A stretch of 64,000 bases of DNA from Eledone cirrhosa (GCA_964016885.1 OZ024740.1:311178001-311242000), one strand, 5' to 3'. Shown: positions 1-12,389, numbered from the stretch's first letter. Program-made: numbers and translations. Notes: a model not told the origin generated them from the sequence alone.

Positions 1-1078
1 TATATTATATGATATTATATTATATTATATTATATTATATTATATTATATTATATTATATTATATTATATTATATTATATTATATTATATTATATTATAT
101 TATATTATATTACATTGCATTATATTATATTATATTATATTATATGATATTATATTATATTATATTATATTATATTATATTATATTATATTATATTATAT
201 TATATTATATTATATTATATTATATTATATTATATTATATTATATTATATTACATTGCATTATATTATATTATATTATATTATATTATATTATATTATAT
301 TATATTATATTATATTATATTACATTGCATTATATTATATTATATTATATTATATTATATTATATTATATTATATTATATTACATTGCATTATATTATAT
401 TATATTATATTATATTATATTATATTATATTATATTATATTATATTATATTACATTGCATTATATTATATTATATTATATTATATTATATTATATTACAT
501 TGCATTATATTATATTATATTATATTATATTATATTATATTATATTATATTATATTATATTATATTACATTGCATTATATTATATTATATTATATTATAT
601 TATATTATATTATATTACATTGCATTATATTATATTATATTATATTATATTATATTATATTATATTATATTATATTATATTATATTATATTATATTACAT
701 TGCATTATATTATATTATATTATATTATATTATATTATATTATATTATATTATATTATATTATATTATATTATATTACATTGCATTATATTATATTATAT
801 TATATTATATTATATTATATTATATTACATTGCATTATATTATATTATATTATATTATATTATATTATATTATATTATATTATATTATATTATATTATAT
901 TATATTATATTATATTATATTATATTATATTATATTATATTACATTGCATTATATTATATTATATTATATTATATTATATTATATTATATTATATTATAT
1001 TATATTATATTATATTATATTATATTATATTATATTATATTATATTATATTACATTGCATTATATTATATTATATTAT
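1..1078. repeat. (TATAT)n pentanucleotide satellite with recurring TACATTGCAT variant
   Basis: Directly visible; continues off the window start; the ILYY-type ORFs are artefacts of it. Confidence 0.97.
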
Positions 1079-1212
1079 GGTGGATTGGCTATGCTTTGCA
1101 ACATTGAATTACAGCCCTTTACGGTCTGAGTTCAAATCCAGCCGAGGTTAACTTTGCCTTATGGGGTCGATAAAATAAAGTACAAGTAATGCACTGGGAT
1201 AATTGCTGGCCT
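1079..1212 (+). mobile_element. tRNA-type SINE (main family of the window), internally deleted copy
   Basis: B-box-like GAGTTCAAATCC, core GCCGAGGTTAACTTTGCCTT..GGGGTCGATAAAATAAAGTAC, tail AATTGCTGGCCTTGTGCC..AAGTAGAAA; more than 10 further copies in the window. Confidence 0.85.
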
Positions 1213-2130
1213 TGTGCCAAAAGTAGAAAGAATTATATTATATTACACTATATTATATTATAATATAATATAATATAATATAATATAATATATATATATT
1301 ATGTTATATTAAAGTGTTTCATATTGTTAGTTGAATGTGGATATTTCTAGTGTGTTCTCTGTCATTAGTTTTTGAATGCCATTTGTGACATCTATAAACT
1401 GTATGTATGATACGGAAACCTCTACAGAAGTTTTTTACCTTTCATTTTTTGTCATTTTTTTGTTGTAATTGAAATATTATTTCATAAACTATCACAATTT
1501 GAATGTTGTATTGGTAAACAATGGAAAGCTGCATTAACGCTTTACAATATATACTTTTTTGTAACTCTTAAGTTCAATTCCTACCTGGATTGAATTTACC
1601 CTTAATCAATCTGGAATAGAGAAAAAACATTCAGCAGTAAGATTCTGGCGTTGACTCAACGTATTACGCCATTTGCATTTTATAAAAATTGGCCAGTGAA
1701 AAGAAATCAATTTAATATTAGTTGTCGTTGTGCTTATTCTTGTGGATCGAGTTGGTAATAACTTGTGTTTTTTTAGTGACGCTGTTTGTTTCTTTATTGT
1801 TGAATTCTGCAAAACACTTTTTTCGCCACATTATTGGAATTTATTCATTTCACGAAAAAAAGGAAAAAATCATAAAGCGTTTTTCACTGAACTGGAAAAC
1901 CGACGTCCTTTACGTGTTTGCACGCATTGATTGATACACAAAACGAAAAGAAACAAAAATTAAAAATAGACATTTCTGCAGTTCCATAAACGGTATCTTT
2001 TTACGTTTATTTTATATAATTGAACAAGATAACAGATTACTTCGAAGTTAAGAATATAAAATTTAGATGAAAATCGCAATTAATATTGATATTAATATAC
2101 GTGTATGCGGGAGGGCGCCTGAGAGAGAGA

Positions 2131-2221
<91 letters not shown>

Positions 2222-2222
2222 C

Positions 2223-2341
<119 letters not shown>

Positions 2342-2603
2342 AATATATATACACATATACAGAGAGAGAGAGAGATGGGGTGGGGAAGAGTACTCTATTC
2401 ACGGGAAAAAGCAGAGTGGATATAGAGGAAAGTAAAAACCGGACCGCAACGCTGAGCGGCTTGTATTCGGCTTGGAATACAAGCAGAAACCGCTTGGCGT
2501 CGCTATAGTGATTTTACCCTCCTCTCCCTCTTTCTCTACATATGTATAGTTATAAATAGATGGGGAGAAGGGGGAGACCGACAGACCGATAGATGGATAG
2601 ATA

Positions 2604-3433
2604 CATTTATTTATTAGCCACAAGGGCACAAAAGAAGGGGACAAATACAAATGGGGAGTTTACATACATGTATATGAAAATAAAACTATTAATAAAATAA
2701 CAAATAACAATTGAAATCCCTAATAGGGGGGAGGCATTACACAGGAGTTGTACACACCCCGAAAAAATGTACAACCCTCATCTTCAGGAGCACCAAGAGT
2801 GAGTAGTCCCTTCCTCTCTTCCTCTTTTTCCTCAACCTACAGGCTTATATAGAGAGAAGGCCCAACCACTCGGGCCATCTTTGCTACTTTCACCCACCTT
2901 TTATAAAATTTGCTGGGGTACAACACCTCTCTCTCCATCCTGATTCTTCTTCCAAAATGATATTTGAAAAAACGAATCAGTTGCTCGCCGGAGAGAAAGG
3001 TGTCTAACCTCAGCCCTTTTAATCTCGTCCACCATATAACCTCTTTCACCATAGCCATAACACATAGGAAAACCGCCTCTCCCTCGTTTTTGAAGGAGGG
3101 TGGCGGTTTGATCATGACATTGGACTCGGTGGTCAACTGGATTGGTCCCACCCGTGACAATAGTCGTTCTACATACCCCTGCAGGTCGGTAACGCCCGCG
3201 CAGTGTACAAATGCGTGCGCGGCGGTTTCCTCGTCGCGCACGCATCTCGGACAGATCTTTTTCGAAGGGTCCCTGTCTGGGCGCCCGTGTCTCTAGAGCT
3301 TGTCTCGAACTGGTAGAGCTCCTCGGTAGCACTGCCAGGCCAGGGACTTTTGGAAGTTGTCCATTGGTCTCGGGCGGAAGGTCCTACCGAACAGACTGGC
3401 CAGTTCGTCCTCCTCTACGCCTAGAGTTTCTCC

Positions 3434-3436
<3 letters not shown>
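2604..3436 (-). mobile_element. 5'-truncated Tx1-like LINE copy 1 (end of ORF2 plus 3'UTR)
   Basis: Translation matches the C-terminus of ORF2 4614..8048 (DNFQKSLAWQCYRGALPVR, CPRC..ETAAHAFVHC); in-frame stop near 3293; AATAAA then (TATC)n at the 3' end. Confidence 0.93.

Positions 3437-3490
<54 letters not shown>
3434..3490. repeat. (GATA)n tract separating LINE copies
   Basis: Perfect TAGA repeats. Confidence 0.97.
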
Positions 3491-3491
<1 letters not shown>

Positions 3492-4326
3492 TGTTTCTTT
3501 ATTAGCCACAGGGGCACAAAAGAAGGGGACAAATACAAAGGGGGAAGTTTACATACAATAAAAACGTGTAAAATGTTATCACAAATGCAATTTAAAAAAT
3601 TAGTCGATTTTCCCCAATAGGGCAGACAGTTCATATGGGTAACACATACCCCCGAAAAAATGTGCAACCCTCATCTCCAGGAGTACGAAGAGTTTGTACT
3701 CCTTTCCTCTCCTCCTCCTTTTCCTCAACCTACAGGCTGATATAGAGAGAAGGCCCATTCACTCGGGCCATTCTCGCCACTTTCACCCACCTTTCATAAA
3801 ACTTGCTGGGGTACAGCACCTCTCTCTCCATCCTGATTCTTCTTCCAAAGTGGTATTTGAAAAAAAGAATCAGTTGTTGGCCGGAGAGAAAGGTGTCTGA
3901 CCTCAGCCCTTTCAACCTTGTCCACCATACAACCTCTTTCGCCATAGCTATCACACAAAGGAAAACCGCCTCTCCTTCGTTTTTGAAGGAGGGTGGCGGT
4001 TTGATCATGACAATGGACTCGGTGGTCAGCCGGATTGGTCCCACCCGTGACAATAGTCGTTCTACATACCCCCGCAGGTCGGTAACGCCCGGGCAGTGTA
4101 CAAATGCGTGCGCGGCGGTTTCCTCGTCGCGCACGCATCTCGGACAGATATTTTTCGAAGGGTCCCTGTCTGGGCGCCCGTGTCTGTAGAGCTTGTCTCG
4201 AACTGGTAGAGCTCCTCGGTAGCACTGCCAGGCCAGGGACTTTTGGAAGTTGTCCATTGGTCCCGGGCGGAAGGTCCTACCGAACAGACTGGCCAGTTCG
4301 TCCTCCTCTACGCCTAGAGTTTCTCC

Positions 4327-4329
<3 letters not shown>
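3492..4329 (-). mobile_element. 5'-truncated Tx1-like LINE copy 2 (end of ORF2 plus 3'UTR)
   Basis: Open 175-aa frame 3730..4257 homologous to the ORF2 C-terminus; ends AATAAAGAAACA-(TATC)n. Confidence 0.93.

Positions 4330-4398
<69 letters not shown>
4327..4398. repeat. (GATA)n tract separating LINE copies
   Basis: Perfect TAGA repeats. Confidence 0.97.
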
Positions 4399-4399
<1 letters not shown>

Positions 4400-4613
4400 T
4401 TCTTTATTTACCATAAAGGCATAAAAAGAAGGGACAAATACAAAGGGGGAGTTTACATATAATCGAGTAAAAAGGGTGTAACATGAAAACAATCGAAAAT
4501 AACCTCAAAAGGGAGGGGACGTGATGGGGGTTGCACACACCCCCGAAAAAGTGTGCAATCCTTTGCCCGGGGAGCACACGGAGAAGGTGCTCCCCTCTCC
4601 TTTACTTCTTTAC

Positions 4614-7600
4614 CTACAGGATGGTATACAGAGAAGGCCCATTTACACGAGCCATTCTCGCCACTATCACCCACCTTTCATAAAACTGCCTGTGGCCAAG
4701 CACCTCTCTCTCCATTCTTATCCTTCTTCCGAAGTGATATCGGAAGAAGTAGACCAGACTATGGCCAGAGAGGAAGTTGCCTGACCTCAGACCTTTCAAT
4801 CGTGTCCACCAAACAACCTCTTTCAACATGGCTATTACGCACAGAAAAACCGCCTTTGCTTCCTTTGTGAAGAGGGGAGGCGGTTTGATTGTCATCACGG
4901 ACTCGGCGGTCAATTTAATCGGCGCCACCCGCGACAGCAGTTGTTCGGCGTAGCCCCACAGATCAGCCACGCCCGGACATTGCACCAATGCGTGCGCTAC
5001 GGTTTCTTCGTGACGCACGCATCTAGGGCAAATCTTTTTTGAGGGATCCCTGCCCGGGCGCCCGTGTCTGTAGAGCCTCTCTCGAACGGGTAGAGCCCCT
5101 CGGTAGCACTGCCAGGCCAGTGACTTCTGGAAGTTGTCCATTGGTCCTGGGCCGAAAGTCCTACCGAACAGGCTGGCCAGTTCGTCTTCTTCCATGTCCA
5201 GCGACTCTCCAAGGGTGTCATCGCCCCTGCTAGCCACCAGCCCTCTATAGAATGATGAGGTGGATTCTCCACCGATGGCCCGGCCCGCTTGCCAGAGAGC
5301 CCTGAGCGCCTGAGCACACTCAGTGTGCCAGTCTCCCAGTTTTCCGGATCTTTGCTTGACCCAGGACTGTAGCTCGGTGAGTGAGACGAGTCTCGGAAAG
5401 GCTCGTTTCACGAACGGAGCCCACACCGGTTGACCAGTGAGGAATACCTGTAGGTGCCGTAGCCTTAATGCGTGCCTACGCATCATCAACCACGGCATCC
5501 CCAGCCCTCCTTTCGAAGGTTGTTGGCAGCAGATGGATCTTCTCACCATAGGAGGACGCTTCTTCCAAAGAAATTGGAAGAGCATGCGTTCCATGGTGGT
5601 GAGTGTTTCGTTAGGGCAAGGCACGACAGTCAGGCGGTAGTAAGTGACGGACGCTATGTAAATGTTCGCCACCTCCGCCCGGCCTTTTAGGGACAGCTTA
5701 CACTTGGCCCATTTCTGGGTTAGTGCAAACACCTTGTTCGTAACCTCGTTCCAGTTCTTTTCCACCTGGAGGTCCGGTCCAAACCAGACCCCAAGCAACT
5801 TTACCGGGCCCTCCGTCCAGTGTCCGACGACACCGTCAGGAGGCATCGGTTTGCCTCTCCACGTTCCGAGTTGCAGCCCGATGGATTTTTCCCGGTTCAG
5901 TTTCGCTCCTGACAACCTTTCGTACTCCTCCAGTAAGGTACCGATCGCCTCGATCTCCGAGTCGGTTGATACCATTACTGTTACGTCATCGGCGTAGGCC
6001 GACACCGCTTTGCTCAATCCTGGTTCCAGGGGGATACCCTGCAACAACTCCAACTTTCTCAGTAAAGGCTCGAGAGTCAATACGTACAGAAGGGAGGAGA
6101 GAGGGCACCCCTGTCGAATGGATCGTGTGATTTCGAACGGCTTCGAAAGGTAGCCGTTCACCTTGATCCTAGAACAGATGTGGTTGCTATGTAGGGCAGT
6201 GATCCAGCCTCTGAAAACAGGACCGAACCCAGCCGCCGCTAGCACCGCATCCAGGTAACCATGGTCGACCCTATCGAAGGCCTTAGACTGATCCAAGTTG
6301 ATCAGGGCCCCACCGAAGCCGGGTTTGTTGCCAACCCTCTCTATGATGTATCGCATGAGGTGGAGGTTATCGTGAATGGACCTGGATGGGATAGCACATG
6401 TCTGCGCATCTCCCACCAGGCCACCCACGACAAGCGCCAACCTCTTTGCTAACACCTTGGCCAAGATCTTTAACTCTGTGTTTAGCAGGGTTATGGGCCG
6501 AAAATTATTTATACTATCCCCCTTGTTCTCGTCCTTCCTCACCAGCGTGACTACGCCCTTGGCTACAGAACAAGGAATTCTCCCGTTCTGCTGCCAATTG
6601 CAGTAGACCGCTTCGAGGAGTTCGGAGAAGAAGACCGGCATTGCTAAATAAAGTTCGTAAGGTATACCATCGAGACCTGGAGATTTGCGTCTGCTGCATT
6701 GGCTCAGCGCATCTCCGATCTCATCAGCCGAGATTGGTCCCTCGCAGGACTCTGCCTCTTTGTTCGAGAGACGCGGCAGGCCGTCGAGGTATGGACCGAA
6801 ATCCACGCCCCGGCCCGGACCCTCGCCTCCCCCGAACAATCGGGCAAAGTGCTTTTGAAAGGCCTCGCACATCTGCTTAGGCTCCCGGATCACTCGTCCA
6901 TCTTCGTCTTGCAACGACCGGATGGTGGATCGATTTCCACTTTTAGCTTCTGTCACGCGGGCCCATCCAACGGCTTTGGCCCCCTCATTACCTAGAGCAC
7001 GTGTTTTACTTCGAATGACGCAGCCTTCATGCTTTGCATCGAAAAACTGGTTCAAGGCCGTCCTCGATGCCAGCACTCTGGCCACATCTTCGCTCTTTGC
7101 CTCTTCTAATTTACCTGTTAATTCTTTCTCGTTTCTATTCCTATTGGCAGCTAACATCTTGCTATAACTTATTGATTCTGTTCTAATCTCTCTTTTGAGA
7201 GATGCCCACCATCGGTTGTTGACGATTGCACCCGTCAACCTCTCCTTAACTAATCTGCTAATCCGGTTTCTGTAAGTCTCTTTTGCCGGTAAAGACAAAT
7301 TAAGTTTCCAGTAACCGGGACCCTGTCTATGTGTTTTCTCGAGATTGACCACGCAGGTCACTAATTTGTGATCCGTGTAGCCAACCGTGCGCATTTCTGG
7401 ACAGCTTAATATGTCCCTATCCTTACTTCTAACTAAGAATCTATCTAAGTACGATCTAGATTGACCACTGTGGTTTCTCCAAGTCCAGGTAGGCACAGTT
7501 GGAAAATCTAGTCGATATCTATCGACCAAGTTAAAACGGTCGAGTAACCCCTTGAGGCTGTTACACCCCCCTCTATTAGGACATGCTCCTGCATAGTCCC

Positions 7601-8048
7601 AACGTGCATCCAGGATGTCATTCCAATCCCCCGCTAGAAGCAGGGAATGCGACGTTCCCAGAAAAGTCTCCAAACGCTGGAAGAAGTCGGGCCGTTCAGC
7701 TCCGAAAGGGGAGTAGACGGCGACCAGTCTCAAGGCCGCACTTTCACTACTGCCAACGTCTAGCACCAACAAACGACCCTCCGGGTCCGAGTGCACAACC
7801 TGTATGGCAAGACCCAGGTGTTTTTGCAGCAGCACGACAACCCCACCCCCACCTCCTGGTTGACAGAGAGATGCATGCACCTCAAAGTCATCGAAGGTGG
7901 GGGCCAGCTGCCGCATGACGCTGATTCGAGTCTCACAGATAACCATTACATTTATACTACATGACCTGAGGTCATTTAGAAGCTTTGCTTGCTTCCAAGT
8001 TGAGCCCAGGCCACGTGCATTCAAACATCCTACTCTTAACACATCCAT
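4614..8048 (-). CDS. LINE ORF2: APE endonuclease, reverse transcriptase and C-terminal zinc finger (1144 aa, uninterrupted)
   Basis: APE motifs LNARGL, ICET, AGDWN, SYLDRF, TDHK, GPGYWKLN; RT motifs KSPGLDG, FRPITLLN, LDQSKAFDRVDH, RQGCPLS, AYADD, LLGVWF, GGLGMP; CPRC-x4-ETVAHALVQC. Confidence 0.97.
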   Translation of the reverse strand: MDVLRVGCLNARGLGSTWKQAKLLNDLRSCSINVMVICETRISVMRQLAPTFDDFEVHASLCQPGGGGGVVVLLQKHLGLAIQVVHSDPEGRLLVLDVGSSESAALRLVAVYSPFGAERPDFFQRLETFLGTSHSLLLAGDWNDILDARWDYAGACPNRGGCNSLKGLLDRFNLVDRYRLDFPTVPTWTWRNHSGQSRSYLDRFLVRSKDRDILSCPEMRTVGYTDHKLVTCVVNLEKTHRQGPGYWKLNLSLPAKETYRNRISRLVKERLTGAIVNNRWWASLKREIRTESISYSKMLAANRNRNEKELTGKLEEAKSEDVARVLASRTALNQFFDAKHEGCVIRSKTRALGNEGAKAVGWARVTEAKSGNRSTIRSLQDEDGRVIREPKQMCEAFQKHFARLFGGGEGPGRGVDFGPYLDGLPRLSNKEAESCEGPISADEIGDALSQCSRRKSPGLDGIPYELYLAMPVFFSELLEAVYCNWQQNGRIPCSVAKGVVTLVRKDENKGDSINNFRPITLLNTELKILAKVLAKRLALVVGGLVGDAQTCAIPSRSIHDNLHLMRYIIERVGNKPGFGGALINLDQSKAFDRVDHGYLDAVLAAAGFGPVFRGWITALHSNHICSRIKVNGYLSKPFEITRSIRQGCPLSSLLYVLTLEPLLRKLELLQGIPLEPGLSKAVSAYADDVTVMVSTDSEIEAIGTLLEEYERLSGAKLNREKSIGLQLGTWRGKPMPPDGVVGHWTEGPVKLLGVWFGPDLQVEKNWNEVTNKVFALTQKWAKCKLSLKGRAEVANIYIASVTYYRLTVVPCPNETLTTMERMLFQFLWKKRPPMVRRSICCQQPSKGGLGMPWLMMRRHALRLRHLQVFLTGQPVWAPFVKRAFPRLVSLTELQSWVKQRSGKLGDWHTECAQALRALWQAGRAIGGESTSSFYRGLVASRGDDTLGESLDMEEDELASLFGRTFGPGPMDNFQKSLAWQCYRGALPVRERLYRHGRPGRDPSKKICPRCVRHEETVAHALVQCPGVADLWGYAEQLLSRVAPIKLTAESVMTIKPPPLFTKEAKAVFLCVIAMLKEVVWWTRLKGLRSGNFLSGHSLVYFFRYHFGRRIRMEREVLGHRQFYERWVIVARMARVNGPSLYTIL

Positions 8049-8081
8049 GTGGGCGGCAGAGCCAAAGGAGAGTGTAGAGAC

Positions 8082-9982
8082 CTACCTTTCCGCTTCCCGG
8101 GGTTCGGGTTGCACGACTTCCATGGGGTCGGGGGTGTTTGGTGAAGGGGTGTCTTGTGGTGGTGTGGGGTCGTCAGTGTGTGGTGGGGTTGGGGTGTTTG
8201 GAGTTGTGTTGGGGAGGGGAAGGGGAGGGGGAAAGCTTTTTAGTAGGACGCGGTTTATGGGTTTGACAGAGGGTGGTCCTACGTCCTCCTTAAAATCCTT
8301 TTTTAGTTTTTGGTAGAGGTTCATTGGGATTTTTATTAGTTTTAAATGTGGGTGGTTTTCTGACGAAACAAAGTTTACACCTTCGGTTTGTACCGAAGGA
8401 TTATTGTATATGAGTTCATTTAATTTATTATTGTTTCTGTTGATGTAAGTATAGTGTAATGTCTTTTTTTCCGATGGTGTGAGTGTTTCGAAGAGGGGAG
8501 GGGCAGGTTTGGTTTTGTTTGTTGCTGGAGGGGTGTTTTCTGTTTTGTTAGATTGTGTTGCGATTTGGGTGGGGGTTGTTTGTCCTTGTGTGTTTTGCAC
8601 ATGTTTTCTTTTTTTCCTTTTAATCTGTCTGAAGGACTCCGTTTCTTCCTCCGAATTCGTTGGGTTACCTTCAGTGTTGGAGGGAAGAGGTATGTTTGCT
8701 GGTAATGTTTCCGTGTTGGTTTTCTTTGTGGGGGAGATGGATGTCACTATGTTAGACTGTGTTGTGTGTTGTGTCTGCGGTGGTTGTGTTGTTTTATTGA
8801 GTGAGAGGTTGGGTGGGCCTGTATTTTGTTTTGGGGTAATGTGTTGTGACTGTTTGTGTTGTGGTGGTGTTGTGGTGTTACTGTGGGACGGGTTGGGTGG
8901 GACTGAGTTTTGTTGTTTGTTTATCTGTTGTGGTGGTGGTGGTGGAGCTGGTGTTGGTAGCAGGGTTTTCTTTTTGTTGAGTTGGGGACAAGCGGCCTTC
9001 AGGTGCCCTCTGCCTGCACAGATATGGCAGGACGGCCTTCTCCCCTCCACGCTAATGTTTATATACCCGTGGTCCTCTAATAGGATTCTGTCGGGTATTT
9101 GGGCGATGCGTTCAGGCTTCATTTGTACTACCAGCTCTATACCTGTTCCACTGAACGCATTGCCTGTGGTTTTCCCAATGGAAATCACGTTGTCATTCAC
9201 TGGATCGATGAAGCCAGCTATGAGCCAGCAGTAGTCCACATCTGGCATCATTGCATCCAGCCATATGCGTTGAGTTTTTTTTCCCATATAAGATGGATAA
9301 AAGGTGAAATTTTTCGAACGAATCGGTGACAAAGCACATTTTTTTGCCGCCGATTCGTTCTTCATGATAATTGCTAGGCTTCCATACAGTCTGTCTTTTC
9401 TTATGAAAGTTGTTTCATTCAGTACTTCTGTGAGTACTGTTTTGATATCTGCTTGCGAAGGCTGTTCAGGTTTTTTTGTACTGTTGTTGATGGTCCGAAA
9501 CTTGACCGTTCGGCTTTCAATGTCTTTCGTGAATTCTTGAGGCATTTTTACCAATAAAATACCATTCTCACCTTCACTTATGTATTGTTTTGCGTCCGTG
9601 ATCCTTCGTACCACATCTGAAATGTTTTCCGCTATATAAGTCAAAGATTTCTTTGTTTTCTGTGCAAATGAAATCTTGTCGTCTGCTTTGTTTTCTGATA
9701 TGATGTTATTTTCAACTGTTATTTTTTTGTTTGTTGTGTCTTTGTTTGTGTTATTAGTATTGTCATGCAATTTTTCAAATTTTTTTTTTTTTCGTTGTTG
9801 GAATCCATGTCCAGATTTGTGATTTCGTCATTTTTTTTCTCCGCAGATTCGTCTGTTTTTATTTTAATTTTTCCTTCCTTCTCTATGACGTTAGTTGGGA
9901 AGGAAGGGGGGACTAAAGCGTGCGAGCTTACAACTCTTACCGCTGTCCCCCCACCACTATTTTCGTTCGCTGCGTTTAACAT
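8082..9982 (-). CDS. LINE ORF1 (gag-like nucleic-acid-binding protein, CCHC knuckle), split by a frameshift at an A13 run (9780..9792)
   Basis: CHICAGRGHLKAAC (CX2CX4HX4C) in frame 8082..9770; the upstream ATG frame 9719..9982 fuses with it if one A is added to the run. Confidence 0.85.
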
Positions 9983-10057
9983 TTCTGTTAGACGATTGAA
10001 ATTTTTTACACAAAATTTTTTAAAACAGGTTTTTCACCTCTAGGAGGGGTAAAGATG

Positions 10058-10098
10058 AGCTGACCCACCGCCTGACAGTTCAGACGGAGGGTCAAGCT
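10058..10098 (-). other. Strong hairpin in the LINE 5'UTR
   Basis: Minus strand TGACCC-T-CCGTCTGA-actg-TCAGGCGG-T-GGGTCA. Confidence 0.6.
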
Positions 10099-10214
10099 AC
10101 ACAATTGTATCAAAATTAAGTTTGAACTCACAAAATTTCCTCAATAAATTTGAACAAAACTTCTGTGCGAAGTGAATGACATCCACACTGTAGAACAGAC
10201 GACAGCTAGATTCA

Positions 10215-10317
<103 letters not shown>

Positions 10318-10481
10318 TGCATATATCTTTGAATTCGGTACAGGAGGGTTAAAATTTGCTGACAGTCTTTTTGATCTGAAATGTTTCGTTATTCTTATTC
10401 AGTTTCCAAAAGATTAGACGTGTTGCCGGGTGGTTCTGGATCAAGTTATCCGAGGTGGCTGGTGGGTGTTTAGATATTTGA

Positions 10482-11000
10482 TTAGCAACACCGGAGTATA
10501 TATTTTGTGCTATGCAGGTATAGCTTACGTATCTCATTCCTCGTGTTGAGGCATAAGTTTGGGTCCAATGAATTTTTCCATATAAGCCATCTCTCGGTAT
10601 TGCAGTGTCCGCAGCTCTTAGAATCATTGAGGTAGGGTTTACATCTTTCTGCTATCTTCCAGCTGACGTTGTAATTAGTAGAGCCCGCTTTCACCTTCCA
10701 AACATGGCTGAAGAGCTTAATCGTGTAATTTTTCTTCTGTTCACGGAATGCCGCTACATGATTGTTTTATCGTTCTTTACACTGTCTTTCCGTAAGACCA
10801 ATGTAACGCTTGAAATTGATAGTGATGTCTTGGTTTGGCGATTTCACTGTTGCTTCGTAGGCTATGGCCTCCGTCTTACATGCTCCTTCTAGAGGGATGC
10901 ATTTCTTATCCTACATGAACATTCGGCTAGTTTGGGTGTTGATAGCTTACTGGTTATAATGGATTTAAAGTTGGACATTGAACTATAAGCAATACTTGGA
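10482..11000 (-). pseudogene. Decayed Penelope-like element C-terminus (GIY-YIG endonuclease, Naiad-like)
   Basis: Across frameshifts and stops: YSSMSNFKSII..ECSCRIRNA/PLEGACKTEAIAYEATV..RYIGLTERQCKER*NNH..WKIAERCKPY..SKSCGHCNTER..LNTRNE. Confidence 0.85.
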
Positions 11001-11440
11001 AAAATGACGGAGGCCATTCACATAATATAAGATAGTCCTACCCTGAACATAAAACACGAGTGGAATAGTTACAACTATCAACTTAATGACTGAAAACAGA
11101 ATAAAGACACAAACAGCAAAACAGCAAGCGATACATACCCATACGCACATAAACCACAAGTAGACATAACACACACACAGAGAAACACAGACACAAACGC
11201 ATGCACAGAAATGAAACACAAAAACGCACAATAAAACAAACAAAGACAAGATGGAGTAGAAGTTTAAGACCATGAAAAAGAGGAGGCATAAATCAGATAA
11301 TCATTGGGAGGTCACAGAATGTGTGACGAAAGAACTTTGATAAACAAATGAATAACGAACAATAAAGATAAAGTGAACATTGTGTGCTGTGTGTGTTTCT
11401 TTCTATTGGCAATATTGTCAACATGACCATCCCCAAATAT

Positions 11441-11486
<46 letters not shown>

Positions 11487-11520
11487 CAATTCTTTGCTTA
11501 AACTTTAATCTGTTATTTTA

Positions 11521-11551
<31 letters not shown>

Positions 11552-11612
11552 GACGTGGATGTGCGCACGCTTATACATGCACATACACGTACCTACATAC
11601 ATGTATATATGT

Positions 11613-11644
<32 letters not shown>

Positions 11645-11877
11645 GTATGTATGCACATTTCTGTGTATGTGTGTACGGAGAGTATATGTGAGAAAGAGGT
11701 TTGGAAACGGGAAAAGATAACATGTGTAAAGTAATTTAAACCAAGAAAAGTAAAAGTCACTTTATTAAGAATCAAGATTTAACAGCAAGAAAGGAAATTG
11801 TTTGTATCAGTTTTTATTTTCTTTCATTCCATCTTTCTCTTTCTTATTATGCATTTGTGTGTGTGAATGTGCGCGTG

Positions 11878-11958
<81 letters not shown>

Positions 11959-12110
11959 GTGGGTGGGTAGAGAGAGAGGGGGAGACAGACAGACGGACAA
12001 ACAGACAGGTAGATTTATAGATATATAGTAAGAGAGAAAAAGAGAGAGAGAGAGGCAGACAGACAGAAAGTCAGACAGAAAGACAAACAGACAGGCAAGC
12101 AGATAGATAA

Positions 12111-12144
<34 letters not shown>

Positions 12145-12387
12145 GACTAACAAACAGACATACATGCGTACATACACAACAAATACATACTACCAATCCA
12201 ACTTGTGAAATAATATATATAAACATTATATAAAAAATACATATTCTTATGATTGATCGATTATCTCTTTAAACATAAACAATTTACAGAACAGAAAAAT
12301 TATTAGTTTTAATTTAACCGAAGACGTGTAGCAGCAGCTGTTGGAGCTGGGAAAGGAGTTGGAATAGGAGGTTGGGAGGGGTGGGGG

Positions 12388-12389
12388 GA

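Noticed and set aside
9-1151. Long ILYY-repeat ORFs, and the many VC/YI/HT/ER-repeat ORFs throughout the window
   Set aside because: Translations of stop-free microsatellites; no coding evidence.
5039-9540. Plus-strand ORFs overlapping the LINE (e.g. 8479..9234)
   Set aside because: Antisense shadows of ORF1 and ORF2 with no recognisable motifs.
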